The position numbers and the translations under genes are program-made. The notes beneath the pieces are model-generated. The model saw only the letters and a program-made list of their open reading frames with translations, did no database searches and was not told the origin of the DNA. DNA of 64,000 bases, taken from contig NMRA01000034.1 of the NCBI GenBank assembly GCA_002633005.1, positions 2,771-66,770 of the forward strand, read 5' to 3'. Source of the DNA: Phoronis australis. Its lineage: Eukaryota; Animalia; Phoronida. Shown piece after piece: positions 34,938 through 49,700 of this stretch; position 1 is the first letter of the stretch, and each line of letters starts with the position of its first letter.

Positions 34938-36289
34938 GAGTTCACATACAATCATGACATGTAATTCAACATTCCAACCTCGCCAACCAATCTCCAAGCT
35001 CTTCCCAGTTGTGACGTTTCACTTGTGTACCATTGTCGTCATGACAACTTGTCAGAACTTGGCAAGATGTTCAACATGTAGGAGTCAGTTAACAATACCA
35101 CCGCCTTACATGACATAGTCTTGTGTTCAGAGGAACATCATTACAACCTTTTTACCAAAAGGAATACACACAATACAATATTAATACTAACTGTAGTTAC
35201 AAATTCTAAAAGTAAGCAAAGTTAAGGTTATGAGGGATCTCGTAGAATCCTGGATGTACTTAATCAATTATTTACAAAACTAGATTTTAATTAAGTAACA
35301 ATACCTTTCTTCTGCATGTGGAAAGCCAGTAGAATTTGATTTGCCAGTTTGTACCAATCTGGATCAGGTGGTCATGTTTTTGTAAAATTTAGCAAAAAGA
35401 AACTTGCGCAAAACAACAGTATCAATCTCCCGACCAAATGTTGTTTCATATAAATGTACAAGATGAAATCTCAAAAACACTGTTTTCTGAATTTTTTGAT
35501 AGCCCGTCATGCAAAAGTGGAAAAGTTCAAAAACAATTCCCAACAGTGTCTTGGAGAACAGATCTGTTACAGTGCATTAAATCTGACAGTTTCATACGAA
35601 TCCCATTGGCCAAATCTAAGATACGATGTTATAAAGTTTGACAAATTTGACCATTTTTCGAGGGCCCTACTTAACGTTAAGAAGTCTACAGGAATGAAAT
35701 ACTATAGGCCCGTTGTAATAAGACTCTAATTACAAAACAATGTTCTCTTCACTCAACTCGCACAACAGTAACTGCATTAACTTCCGGATTTGTTTCACAA
35801 ACTAAAAACACTCTAATACTTTTAAGTAAAAAAGCTGAAAATTCTACATATTGCACTTTGAAGCACATCTTGTTTCACAGAACACTGAAAGTCCCAAACT
35901 AATTTAGTCAGCCTCGAGAATGCCATTCCACAGTTTAAGACTTGTGATCACTCTGTAACATTAGATTCAAGTCAACAAGAGTAGACATCTGAGACACCCA
36001 GTATTTAGGACTATGAAAATTTTGATCTAAAATTACAACATGAGATTATCCCAGTCTTCAGAGGTGACACCCAAACTTGGCTGGTGGCACAAACAGTGTT
36101 TGAGTGGTAAACTAATTAATACTGAGGTCACAAACTTTGAACAACACCACCCAACAATGAGTAGCCAACATTGGTCCCACAGCAGCGTTAGAATAATTAT
36201 GAGTATAACAAGTCTCCGACAGTCGGTTTTCATTAACACACAGTCCTTCATTCAGGTAATGTTTCAAGTAAAATTACAATAAAAAAACT

Positions 36290-36570
36290 CCAATTTGGAC
36301 AGTTTCTAGAATTTGGGACACAGAAATCCCCACAAAAATGAATTGTACTATATACTGGAATTTGGGACAAGGGCAGTTTTGTGATCATCATATTTCTCAA
36401 ACTTCTGACAATGAGTTTTCAATCTACAGAGTGGGTAATTTTGCCGTCTTTCCAGTGATTCTTGAATTTGGGAGGGACAAAATTGCCTATTTTTAGAATT
36501 TGGAACAACATCCAACCTTAAGCAAACTAATTATAATTTTTCACTATGCCAAATTGGAGATAGTTTTACC
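36290..36570 (+). repeat. Dispersed repeat, second copy at ~57470-57740
   Basis: Shared ttggacag..tctagaa, ttttcaatctacagagtgg.taattttgccgtct and ttcttgaattt blocks; related to the AAAATTCTCCAGTTT-ended MITE family at 44790-45070, 47245-47275 and 59120-59150. Confidence 0.7.
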
Positions 36571-37537
36571 ATAGTACAACATATCTCAAAAACGGTGTCT
36601 CCTTAATTATCTAAATGTGTCTCATTAATTATCTACAACAGCTCACCTTCAGTGTGAAGTTAAAAAAACAACTAAATCTGAAATAGCTGAGCGAAGATGG
36701 CAACATTCTAATTACAAAATCAAGTACGTAAAAACGCCCGCAGCAAAACAATTGTTGGAATAGAATATTCTTCACAATGAATGAATTCACAAATCAAAAG
36801 GAATTAAAGTTGACACATTTTGTTCTTTGGCAAGTTAGAAGAGAATCAAGTAACAATGGAGGCAGTCAAATAATGAGTACATTCAGCACTAATCTTCAAA
36901 ACAAACTTTAAAGACAACAATTGTGTTCATAAATTCATAAATTAAATAGGAGTCCACAAACATTTTGTCACATGGGCAGTGACAAAGGAATAGCTGACTG
37001 GTGGATGTGTCCAAGTGGGTCACGTATGGTACATGTTACTGAGTAGCTGGCCACCCCAGAAGCCCGAGTGCACTATCTGTTTGAAAGAATATTGGCAAAC
37101 TATACTGCGGAGGGTCTGACTGCAGACAACAATAGGGGTTCCTAAACAGATTCCTCCACACAAGTGACTACGAAAATTAGCCTTTCTGGAGTCCCCTCTT
37201 CAAACTGCTTCAGCACCTGGGTGTAAACCCAAACACTAACATGAGAATCAGATAAAGGCATAGCCAAGATCTGCCCGGAAGCGTTTATACCAGCAGCAAT
37301 AGATTAAACAAGACTAACTATGAGTAAACATCAATGATGTTTCAACACATGGCAAACCCCCTGACTACTCCGACTTCCAGTGAACTCTAATCCTCTCACC
37401 TGATCAGATTGACCACTGAATGAGAACAATACCACCTTGGTGGCCTGCCTCTACTCTTATAGCTGATCACTATCGTGCCCAAATGTGGTACTTAACCTCC
37501 GGTTAAATCTTGGATATGTACAAACTCGATACACACA

Positions 37538-37700
37538 TCAACCGTTCTTTGAAACAACTCGCAATATTTTGTAAACATCGTTCTTAAACATCTTTTGGAA
37601 TTTGGGTCCAGGGTTGGTAGAGAGTATTTCGCATGCTGGTTGTTTCCCTCGGTTCTTCACATCTTCAATGTCCCAGATATCCGCCATTCGACATCCTGGT
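37538..37700 (-). CDS. DPY19L1: DPY19L1-like exon 17, terminal ([13 protein letters not shown]...[11 protein letters not shown])
   Basis: PGC.M.DIWD.ED motif, TGA stop at 37538-37540. Confidence 0.94.
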
Positions 37701-40700
37701 CTGCAAGGAAGATAACTTGCACAATGACATGATTTCAGTGAGTCATAAACAGCATTTGCGTCTTGAGGAGTGGGCTAATCGCTCTGCAAAATGTCTTTCA
37801 ATTTTGCAGAATATTTGCTGTTAAGTCACGGGCTGTCATCACAGACAATTGGCCGTTTGAATTTGACTGGTGGTAATTTATGATGGGGATTACCAAGATC
37901 ACTCTGTTTAATTGACCCCAGTTTGCATAGACACAGGTTAACAAACGCTTTAAGGTGGTGGTTAATTAGAAAATTGTTTTACTACCCCCACTTAGTTTTG
38001 AATATCTGTGTCCAAATGAGAGGACAAGAGAAGGATAAGAATTGATGTAAACTATTTGCCAACTTTCCAATGAAAATCTACTGCATTTAGGCTTATGAGT
38101 CTGTATTAAAAAATGTTCCTTAAAGCAGGATTTTTGAAATAAATAAAAAGTTTTTCACACATAGGCAGGTATGCTTTAAAGCTTCACTTAGAAGGCGCAA
38201 CATGACTACTGCTCAATTTTTCTCGGAGGTGGCAAAAACAGTGTTCAAAAAAGAAATTTGCATTTTGGACTCTGAAATTAAGGATCAAAACCAATGGAAC
38301 CAAGTGCTGAATAATAATCTGTGGTTCAGCATATTGATTCTACATTCAAAAAACATCTCGTATTGTTCAGCATTTGATTCATCAGTGTTTGCCTAGTATA
38401 CAATTGATCAATACAGATTTCCTGTGTCACATAGTAGATTCAAAATGCCGATACCCAGTTGGCAATGCTGACCACTCCCTGCCCCTGGGTGTTTGGTCTT
38501 CCACAAACTCTAAATAAACAAGAGACTATTAAAACTTGATGGGCTATGGCCACGCCCTTCACGTCAGTCAAAACTATTGATACAAAGTAGCCCCTTCTGA
38601 TTGGCCAGAGTATATGCTTGAGAATGCCATAGTTGATAGTGCCTACATATGTGGTCTCGTGCAATCATATTTAAGCTCACATATCACTAAGCCACGCTCC
38701 TGCAACAAAAATTGTTTACTGATTAGAGTTTAGTTTTCTGCCTAAGGAGGCAGCCAACACACGACCTACTGTTTGGATAGGGAAGCAGACAGCAGCCAAA
38801 TAAACTTTTGTAGCTCAAGATACTAAGGTGTTGTTGTGAAAGTGATAACTATGCCAACTGTAGTAATTGCCGAGGTCACCCGACCCCAGAATCGAACCAG
38901 CGACCCCGATAAAACCGGCAAGTGTGCTAACCATTCAGCTAATAGGCAATTTCCCATTAGCGAGTGGCTAACAAAGGCTTGTGTGATTCATTGGGACCAT
39001 GTTTCACCAGTGTCAATGTTGCTTCACCTAATTTGGGGATTTCATTCATAGTACTGGTCTCACTTTTACAAATGCATTGTGGGATGGTTGTCAGCTCGTA
39101 AACATCCAGTGACATCACAGATAACTTAGGGATATGTAAACGATAAGAAGGAAAACAACGCTTATCACAAAACAGCATGAGAATTGAAAGCACGGGTCCA
39201 TTGAAACATGCTTTTTGGTGCAAACAACCATTATTTCAAAATAAAAGGCAGGAGTGAGCCTCAAAACATGTCGAATTAATACATGATTAGCAAATCTTTT
39301 GAATGAAAGATTCTTGAGGCATGCGCTATCCCAGTGTGCCGAAGTTTAATCGGACTGTCTAAAATGGACATTACACACATCCACAAGTTATCTGTGATGC
39401 CACTAAACATTTACCAGCCGACAACCATCCCAAGGTGCATTTGTAAAATGACAGTAGAAACCATATCAGATGAAATCCCAGGCATTGCAAGGTGACCACT
39501 TCAAAAATATTAATCAAGGTATGGTATATATTGCTCACAATTACTAAAAACAAGAAAATATAAATAGCCTACTCTGAGCTTGTCGCGACCTCTGAGCATC
39601 TGAAGGCACTTTTTCAGTTTACTACGGTGTTGCAGGTCAAGAACAAAGCATTGATTTAACAGAAAGGTCCACAGACGGGGTGACAGCTGAAGCATGACCA
39701 TCAGCATGAAAACAACTGTTTATATTAAGTAATAATTAAACGCACATCACATATCACTACAGTTAGACTTACCTCTGTTCTCTGTAGCACCAACTGTCTT
39801 CAAGGACTAAGTACTCCACGTGAAGTTTCAGCAAATTTTCACGTACTTCTTCAATTGACTTTCTACTGTACATCGAGTACACCATCTTGGTGCGTTCTCT
39901 GAAATACGACGAGTGTTCATTTGAGGTGACATCAGATATTTTCAGTGTATATCAAGCTCCTGAACTCAAAACATGAACACGTGAAACGGAAGCCTAGTAG
40001 GTGAACTTTATTACACTTCAGAGTTTTGCTTGCAAAACCATTGAGCAACAGAAACAAGATAACACAATACACAACAGGAGGAGCTAGCATCTTGGACACA
40101 CACAGGCCGTTGAAACACAAAGTAGTGCAAAGAGAACTAGAAGAGGTGATAAAGTGACAGGATGGGGATACTGTAAGTACCTGGATTATAATGCATGTTC
40201 GCATATAATGTTCCATTCTACAAGGCCCACCCGACTGTTTTGTGTAACATTCGATTTGGTTACAGCCCGCTCCAGTTACAACGTATGTTTTAGAAAGATT
40301 TCAGAAGGGTTAGTTGAAACACGTTCCGACTGTATTCTCCAACACTTGGGATCCAGGCTATGCATAGTGCAATGTCGAAATTATCAGCGTACGACAAAGT
40401 CACTGTAACCAGTAACCAGCCACTTAAGGAGTGAATTCTCTGTTGCTAATGCTGTAGTATATTGCAAAAGTATTCAGATTAAATGACCTCAAATTCCGTC
40501 ATGATGGGAGGGTGGAAGCCAAATTCATCATCAGAGTGCTATTTGTTCACGACCCTGAACGAAAAGGAATTAATAGGAAAGTCAGTAAGATGGCTAAGCC
40601 ATTATGTGATTAGAACTTTTTGCCTGCACTATAGTCACTACCATTCATGTTTGCCCTTATCAGGATCAGTTGTCAAGACATGGAAACCGTCCTTTGTTGT

Positions 40701-43700
40701 ATAGTGCGTGTGTCATTCAAATTATGGTTGAGTTTGTCTTACCTTAACCCAGCATCCTCATAGTGAGGGTGATTCACTATTGGTCGCTGGGCAGACAGTT
40801 TGACAGTGGCCATGGTAGGCATAGGGCCAGCGAATACAGCATCTAGAAATGATCACTGAATATGGTAAACGTTTCAAAATTATTTAAATTGTGAAAAACA
40901 AAACTTTGAATACAACACAGACAAAATATAAGGTACTGAGTCAAGTTTCGTCATGAGACTCCAGGACGTGTTCACAATCTGACAGGAAGATGGCGTATTG
41001 GCAGATGACAAAAATTCAAATTCTGAATTGTAAAAATAAGTTGGGCATTTCCAAATCCTTCCATTAAATCTGCATTTCGCACTGTATAACTGGTTAAAAA
41101 CGAAAATAAAATTACACCTTTTACTCTCATAAAGTCAGTCCAAAGTGTTTCATTGAGTCACTGATGGTGCTCAACGGCCAGTAGAAGGCCTATTTTTTAT
41201 TTTGTTTTTAGTCACTGACAGCTAGACAGGACAAAATGCAACTTCAAGTGAATAACGTGTGAACAACCTTACACTGAACAACCTTACACTGAACTTCCAG
41301 TAAGAGTACATTCTATCCAAAAGTAAAATGTGAAAGCAAACAGTAACTTGTTCTCAGTAATTAAAAAACAGGTCTAAAAACACTAATTTGTAAGCTTTGA
41401 TAACTAACACCATTCTCTTTGCTTTAAAAGCAGTTAAGTATGAGAAGCCTATTCCTTGCAAAGTTGACAATAATTATTTGCATTTAGCAACTAAAAGAAA
41501 CCCTATGAATTCTATCTTATTGGATCCAATCATCAGTACTGACAAACTCATCATCAGAATCACACTGTGAACTAACCGGGTGGAGTTTTAGCTTTGATCC
41601 ACTCAATCATTTCTTCTAGTGCAGGGTTACTGTACTCTCCCATAATGCTCAGCTGCTGGGAGATGTTAGCGTAACCCTGTACCGTCATGAGGCCAAAGAT
41701 GACACAGAGGATGGAGTAATGACGGGCCTTGTCACCAAGCCAGCCAAACAACTGTAGAGAGAGCGTGTGTGGTGGGATTAGATTGTAACATCACTTCTCA
41801 AATCTACTGGTCTATATACACCAACCTCTAGCCTATTTACATTACATTAGATTGTAACATCACTTCTCAAATCTACTGGTCTATATACACCAACCTCTAG
41901 CCTATTTACATTACATTGACACTTTTTGGTTGGCCATTTCTCCGGCCATCTTCAGGTGTTACAATGTACTAAGAAAAGCTAGGTTAGATATGTGGTACAG
42001 TCATGGAGGTTAATGACGCAACGCTTTTTTGAATTTGTGAATTATGTAGGATTTGAACTTAGCTTTAGGTTGTCAGTCCAGCACTGTCACTGTCAGACTA
42101 CTGGATCACTCATTTACTTTGAGGGAATTTAGTTGTATTAACAATGACACTGGCTACTAGTATCAAGTAGTAACAGTAGTACTTGAGGAAGGTGGGGGAA
42201 ATGTTGCAGTTGAAAATTGGCGTAATTATGGAGCAACAATTTCCAGCACATCATTAAACAACTTGACAAAATGTGTGTTATATTTCAACTGGTTTCCTTC
42301 TAGGTTTTTGCAACAACTTTCAAGAAGTTGAACAAACTTTGGCACACTTTGTCAACATGTTTGTGTCAAATTCATTCAGGCATACTTTTAGAGCAATTAT
42401 ATCATAGCAACTCAAAATTTAGGCTTGCTGGAAAAATCTAATATGTCTCCTTTAAGAATAGAGTTAAAACACTTAAAATCATTGATTAGCAATATAATGT
42501 TTTGACAATAATGCAAAAGCACACTAACTACCCAGTATATACATGTCTGACCACAAACTAAATAAATTAATGTTCTATACACAATACACAGCCACTAGTT
42601 ACTCTCTACAATAAGTCATACTTGTCTAGATGCCAGCAGAGATGAGAACAGGCCCAGCTGAGGGGTCCAGAACAGTTTCAGCCTCATTATGATTATCGCC
42701 ATTAAGGTGAAGGCCAGCAGTTGAAAGATGTGGTAAACAACCTGGAAATACAATCAGCAACAATGAGACCTTCGGACTAGCAAGACTTCATTTCTAAAAC
42801 CACACAAAGTAATCTCTATCAGAATCTTGTTCATGAACCAAAATCTCACAACTCACTTTTTGGGTAATTCCATTTGTGTTACACTCATTAAATGCACTAA
42901 AAACAATTCTTGTATTACAAGCTATAAACCTTTTCATACAATCAATTGCACAACAATGCAACAAACACGGGACATGACAAAAAGCTAGTATAAACAAACC
43001 AAAAAAATTAATTCAAGGCACAACAGGGATTTGTAACAAAATGGGAATGCTATGCATTTTTAATGAATGTTTGCACAAAAAATTACCATCCTTGATAAGC
43101 GAGAAAGCCCAATCCACCATTTTAACACTGGCCAAAATTATCTCAGCTGACCATATAAATGTCATTATCATGCCAGCCTCGTTTAATTTGTGGCCTGTTT
43201 CTACGGTATTCAGGCCATTCATATGATTCAAAGTGCTACACCTCAAATCACCTTTTAAATCAAGAAGATTTGAAATACTTTTTGATGTTGCATACAACAT
43301 TTTCACAGTTTTTAGTTGATTTGGCCGCTTAGTTAAAACAAGAGTTTTATTAACTTTTAGCCACAGTTTAATGTGACATTTTCACACTCAGCTGCTAAAT
43401 GGTTATTTGTGAATGGACTTGCAACATGTCAAAATTTCAACCAAGTGCAGGAAGCAACTCCTGTTGAGATTTTGTTGAAATTTGGCTAAAACTGTAACAC
43501 ATACTAGCTAAAAGGAAAGGGATATTTAGTTGCAGTTTTGTGTGTTGAAGCTTTGATGAATTTCAACTTTGTCCAGTTTAATTAAAGTACGACAAGAACA
43601 GCCTGAACCCATTAAAATACTTTATGAAGACATAAGAGTATGTTCCAGGACAAAAAGATGTACACTACTGGACGATGAGTCATATGTGTGCATATGTGTG

Positions 43701-46700
43701 CTAAATAAGCTGTCACCAGTGCCAGCTCGACCCCTCCCCCCCCTGCATACCTCAGCGTGTGGCCTCGAGTAACCGTCTGCTTCTCTTTGTCGATCCCCAT
43801 CAGCCTCACTATGGGAATAGGCTTTGTATTCTGTCCAGCCAATCTGAGAAACATCCAACACATTAGAATGTATTAGAAACATATTTAACCATAGCAGCCT
43901 GCCCCATCAAACACATTGTGAGAATGCCTGATCCTATTCTAAAATCTTAATGAACCATACTGAGAATGGGTAGAAATAGGCCTCTTTAGCTAAACCAATA
44001 CGTTCATGACAAACTTGCTTGTTGGTTCTCCAATCAGTTTGAACCAGTTACATGACTGTACAGTACAAAACAAACACAGTCACTATTCGGGTGGCAAAAT
44101 TCTAATTACAGAATGGCTTAGTCACCTTAATAACTATCCAGTTAATTTCCGTTCTTTCTCGGTCATGAGGGAAGACTACTCTGCTGATGAATTTAACTTG
44201 TGCCCAGTCGTCATGACACTTTTAACCTGTACTGTATCTATTAACAACGACCAAATGAATGAGGAAGTAAAATTTCCCAGATGGCATTTAGTAAAACAAT
44301 AGACATGACATTGCATGCAAGCATTCATGTACTCACGCAGGACACTTATCACACTAATGTCTCCAAGCTGGTTAACAGCTTCCTCTTCTTAATCTATTCG
44401 CATGATAACCTATCATCATTAGCCCCACCTAGTGACTAAGATGTCATCCATTGTCAGTGCAAGTACCTGAGAACATACTACCATCATTAGCCCCACCTAG
44501 TGACTAAGATGTAATTCATTGTCAGTGCAAGTGCCTGAGAACATACTACCATCATTAGCCCCACCTAGTGACTAAGATGTCGTCCATTGTCAGTGCAAGT
44601 GCCTGAGAGTATACAACCATCATTAACCTCACCTAGTGACTAAGATGTAATTCATTGTCAGTGCAATTGCCCGAGTGCATATCATCACTCTACAGTTCAG
44701 CCACTCATTAAAGAGCACCAATTCACCCAAGATGTCTATGACGAGTCTGTACCACGCAACTGTACACACTATCAGTACAAATCAAAAGTACAATAAAAAT
44801 TCTCCAGTTTGGGACACTCTATAACATTTGGGACATTGAAATTTAAACACAAAGTTTGATTCTATAGACTGGCACACGGTTGATTTTTATGTTTCTCAAA
44901 TTTGGACACATTTTGTATTAACAGATTCTGAAAAATTAATAAATTTCGCAGTTCACAGAATTGGCAAATTATAGCTGACTATGCAGCCTTTCCATACACC
45001 CTAAACAATGTGTAACATCAATTTGGTAAAATTTTAACCTTTCACTGTCCAAAACTGGAGAATTTTTACCATGATGATAATACCCGATTTCACTGAATGA
45101 CTTACCATGACTATGACTCCAAAGAGCGTTAGCAAGGTGACAGGCAAGGCCAAAGTTTTCATCAGTTTCCATAGTGTTTCATCCTCCATGAAGTCAAACT
45201 CCTTCGCACATGTGTAGAGCATTGTGTGGAAGTTCTTGAATGAGCCGAACTTACTTCGGAATATGTCACCTATATGAGCCTGGTGGAAAGCAAGATATGA
45301 AGTGTCCAGCCCTCCTAACAATCAACACAAATTGTAACTAAAACACAGCAGCAGTTGGTAGAAGTGGAAGCAATAACCATAATTGTAACAGTAGTCTAGT
45401 AGCAGTACTAGTTGTAGTAGTAGTAGCAGTAATAATAGTAATAGTTGAGGTGGTGGTAGCATGTAGAAGTAGTAGTAGCAGCAGCAATATTGTCCAGCCT
45501 TTTAAACAATTCACACAAGTTGAAACCAAACACAGCTACAATATTAGCAGTTTTAGTAGAATTATTATTATTATAGCAGTAGCAGCAGCAGCTACAACAG
45601 TAAGTAATACAGTAATACCTGTAGTAGCAGCAGAAATAATAGGAGTAACAGGAGCAGCAGTAGTAGAAGCATCAGTAATAGGAGCAGTAGTACTTATTTA
45701 GCAGCAGTAGCAGTAGCAGTAATAGTAGCAGCAGCAGCAATAGTAGCAGCAGCAATAGTAGCAGCAGCAATAGTAGCAGCAGCAGCAATAGTAGCAGCAA
45801 CAATAGTAGTAGTAGCAACAATGGTAGAAGATGGTAAAAGTAGTGGTTGAAAAGCTGCTTTAAACTCCTGTAACCATAGAATAAACAAACTTATATCATA
45901 GACCACGTATCAAAACAAAACTAGTCCCAACTTGTTCCTTACTCAGATGAGATTCTGGATTTGAAGAGAACTGACAGTTGGTCACTGCTTGAGGCCAAGC
46001 TCAGTGCAGGGCATATCACCACATGCCTATGCAGGGCATAAAATCACCTGCCTCAAGAGAGTCTGATCCCAAGCAATAAGAAACTATCAGCTTTTTTAAG
46101 TCCAGAAATCAGGACGATTATTCCTGACTTAAGTAAACACCTCAACAAAAGTTTGGAAATTTGTGTTCACTCGCCCATGTTTTTATTGTTTTTGGTTTCA
46201 TTAAATCATATTGCATACCAATGAAAAGCCCAGTCATTCCCTTTCCAACGATACCTCATTCTGTCAGTTTAGTAACTCCACTGCCAAAGAGGGCTTGGTG
46301 TCAAAGTGAATGATGCAAACTCATCACGCATACGGTACTTTTCAAATTTATGTTGACAATTTCATCGAACTCTGTCAATAATTGTTAAATTCACAATTAG
46401 TAAAAACAGCAAAGGAAATCACAGGACAATTAATAGGAAGCCGAAGTTATCGAAAAACCACAGTTTTGCTAAAAAATCTTGTCAATATTTCAATGACAAG
46501 ATCTACGTCAACGTTTTAAAAAACTTACATAACTTACAAATAATTTAAAATTAGAATCCGAAGGCAAAGAAAAGCACTTACATCGTCAGTGATTAGCAGC
46601 AGTTTTGAGATGACCAGTTTCACAGCAACAGTCCCCACTAAGAGAAGAACGCCTTGTACGCACCAGATCAACAAGCGCAAACCAATCCGTTCAATGAATG

Positions 46701-49700
46701 GCTGAAGCAGCAGAATGACCTGAAACAGATTTATGGGTCAGAGAAGCCTTGATATCCCCAACGATAAGTTAATTCTTCACTTATATAGCATACAATATAT
46801 TGGACAACATGTGAAAATCTATTTTGTCAAATTTCTTCGCAAAAATAAAGAGCAAGAAAGTTTTTGTCCGTTACTAGCATAGTTTGTGTTGTGTTGATGT
46901 TACAGAAGAACTTTGGGTGATTTTCCATTATTTGTAGTAAAGTAATCAGCCCTTGAAAAATGGAAAATGAAAATTTTGACAAATTATTTTTGTGCAAAAT
47001 AATTGGAGAATTATCATATTCCTGAGCATAAACACAACAAAGACAAAATTAAAAAACTAATTTTATGTTGTTTAATGTATAATATTAACATGTTCACATT
47101 AAACATGTTTTGCGTGTAATTGTTTCTTTCCCAGATTAAAACTTGATGATGTAATTGATCGTAATCCTTAATTTGAGATGTCCAATAATACATATTTCAA
47201 TACTTTGCTACAAGCTCTGACCATGAGCAAAAGAACTAATTTTTCACTGTCTTAAACTGGAGAATTTTTACTGTATAGCTTCATAATTTTTGTGATTATA
47301 ATGTTACAGTAGTCGGAATAGAACATTATTTTTGGGTTAAAGAACCATTTCCTTGTTATTTTATTTGTTTTTGAACATGGAATTTTTGGCCAGCTAATGT
47401 AGCACTCACAGTAACTTTAAACAATTCACTAAATAAGGGTTCTTACTAAGCTGAGAGTACTATTCGGAGAATGGGCAACTTACCAGGATAGTGACTAGAC
47501 AGGCGCAGTAAAATGAAGTAATCAGCATCTCATTACCAAACAAGAAAACAAACCCTCCGGCCAAGCCAAGCTGAAAAAAGGAAGTCACAGTAATCTCATC
47601 ATCACCAAGTAACAAAGAAGGTAGTTTTGACTAAATGCAATTCTGCAACATCATCTACAAACTTTTACTGAATAGTTCCAAACATCAACATAAAGGAGTA
47701 AACACTATCAGGATTGCATTGCAGTGGCATTAGAAAGAGATGGGGACACTGAAACTTTTGACCTTACTTAAAACATGTAACGATCACAGAAAGGCTTGTC
47801 TAATTTGGTCGTCATTAGCACTTATTGTTCAGTGTGGTCCTGCATACATGTGCCACGTGAAACATGAGGCGGGTTCAAGTGGCATCCTAGAAAAATTTGG
47901 CTACCTTCAAAACATCATATTTCGGAAATGGTTGAGTGTAATTTCACATGACTCACATAATTATTTACATTTTGAGTCCACGTTCCAAAGTTTGACTCTG
48001 GTACAGTTAGATATTTTAAGACTCCAACTGTTGCATGCTAGATCCCCATCCTTCAAGGTAATGAATGATGATAACACATTAAAGCTGAAAATATTCAACA
48101 GCCAGGAATTAATTTGAGTCTTATGAACACGTGACTCAAAAAGAAAAGTGAAAAACCTTAAAAACATTAACAAATTCTCTTCAAGCAATAAATGATAGGC
48201 TTGGCTCAATACTTACCATATGTTAAAAACTAAAGAGAATACAAAATGATTCGATTTTTTCTAAAGATAGGCAGGGTGTACAAATTTTTGTGACATGCGT
48301 TCCTAAGACTCAGTAACCGAGACTCGTTTTACATTTGGTTATACAAAAGACGTTTAAATGGAGTGATTTCCATAATTGCATACTGTGGCCACCAAATGCA
48401 GCTATTTTTTTGCAACTACATCTAATATTCTGTCAAAAAGCACAATCAATGGAGTATCAATTAAAAAAATACATAATTTTACCATGTGACAAGAATTTGT
48501 CCTTGATCCAATTTATATGGAACTATATATAACATGCTTTTTCACTGTTCTCCAAACTGCTGCAAGGAATCATCAAATGAATTTAATCCACTTTGCACGA
48601 AAGGTTATCAGAAATAGGACTTGAATGACTTGTATTAAAAAAAAGAAAAACTATGTAAAATTAAATGATAACTTGGATGAAAAGAGTTTAATGTGTTTTT
48701 GCAATTTTGTCTCGAAACATTTATATCGAACAAAATTTGACCACGTTATCGATACTATTGTTTTACTATGATTATACCTTAATTTGCTAAATTTTCATAA
48801 TTCAAGTTCACACGACTCAATCAACGGCTGATTGGTATCAAGTCAAAAGTGAAATTCTAGAAACTTTCTGCTTTCAGAAAATGACGTGTACTTTTCTTAA
48901 AGTTAAATTCTATAGTTTTGTAGATATTTGGCTAAATGCACAGATCCTACATAACCTTTAACCTTTAACCCCTATCCTGCACTGGGCGAGGTCAGCCGAC
49001 TTGCCAATTATCCAATTACAGCGCGATGCGTGTATTCAATCTGAGACCATTAGGTGAGCGCACTCACCCCAGGACACTTGTATTTCACTCAGAAATTGCG
49101 AGAGCCCTGGATGTTGTTTAGATATGTGAGCATGCGCATTCCACAGTTCACAGTTTCCTCTACATTTCTCCGATTTAAACCATATGGCTGCGATTACTAG
49201 TTTGGGAGATATTGGCAGGTTTATGTAAATGCAGACATATACCTTCATTACAAGGCTGGAGCCAGACATGAGAGGATGACTGTGGATCGGTTTATTTTCC
49301 CGAAGGCTAGGATAAAGATGTACACAATTATGGTAAAAATCTCCATTAAATTCTGAACAACTTTTATGTTGACTACTTTTCTGTGAAATTAACATTTCCC
49401 CTTCAAATTTCCATTAGTCTGAGTGACCTTCATAACAGCCTAGTGTACAGCAGTATTGGTAACCTACTTACCTTAGCACACAGGGAAAGTAGTCTGAACA
49501 GAGGCTCAGCAGGATAAGGGTTAAGTGATATCATAAAATTACATTCTATGACTCGTACTATTTACCATGTGACCTTTGAGGATGACAAACATTTTCTGTG
49601 AACCAATGAAGGTGAGGACATAGGTGGCGAAGACGGCCATGATCTGGGTGAGTAGTGTGAACTGAGCAAACTGCCAGGAGAGCATGAAGCATGTACTGGC

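Noticed and set aside
37450-37540. Selenocysteine or readthrough at the DPY19 TGA
   Set aside because: The stop falls at the normal C-terminus, has no readthrough context, and I recognised no SECIS
38875-38945. tRNA gene
   Set aside because: A and B boxes are present but the cloverleaf is incomplete; better read as a SINE head (same for ~60530-60600)
40470-40535. Intronic C/D snoRNA (ATGATGA...CTGA on the minus strand)
   Set aside because: No terminal stem or convincing rRNA guide
40940-40985. Hammerhead ribozyme (GACGAAAC on the minus strand)
   Set aside because: The CUGANGA core is not intact
44414-44685. CRISPR-like regularly spaced repeats
   Set aside because: No unique spacers, no cas genes, eukaryotic intron
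45338-45906. Ala/Thr/Val-rich ORFs resembling mucin or antifreeze proteins
   Set aside because: Translations of an intronic trinucleotide tract
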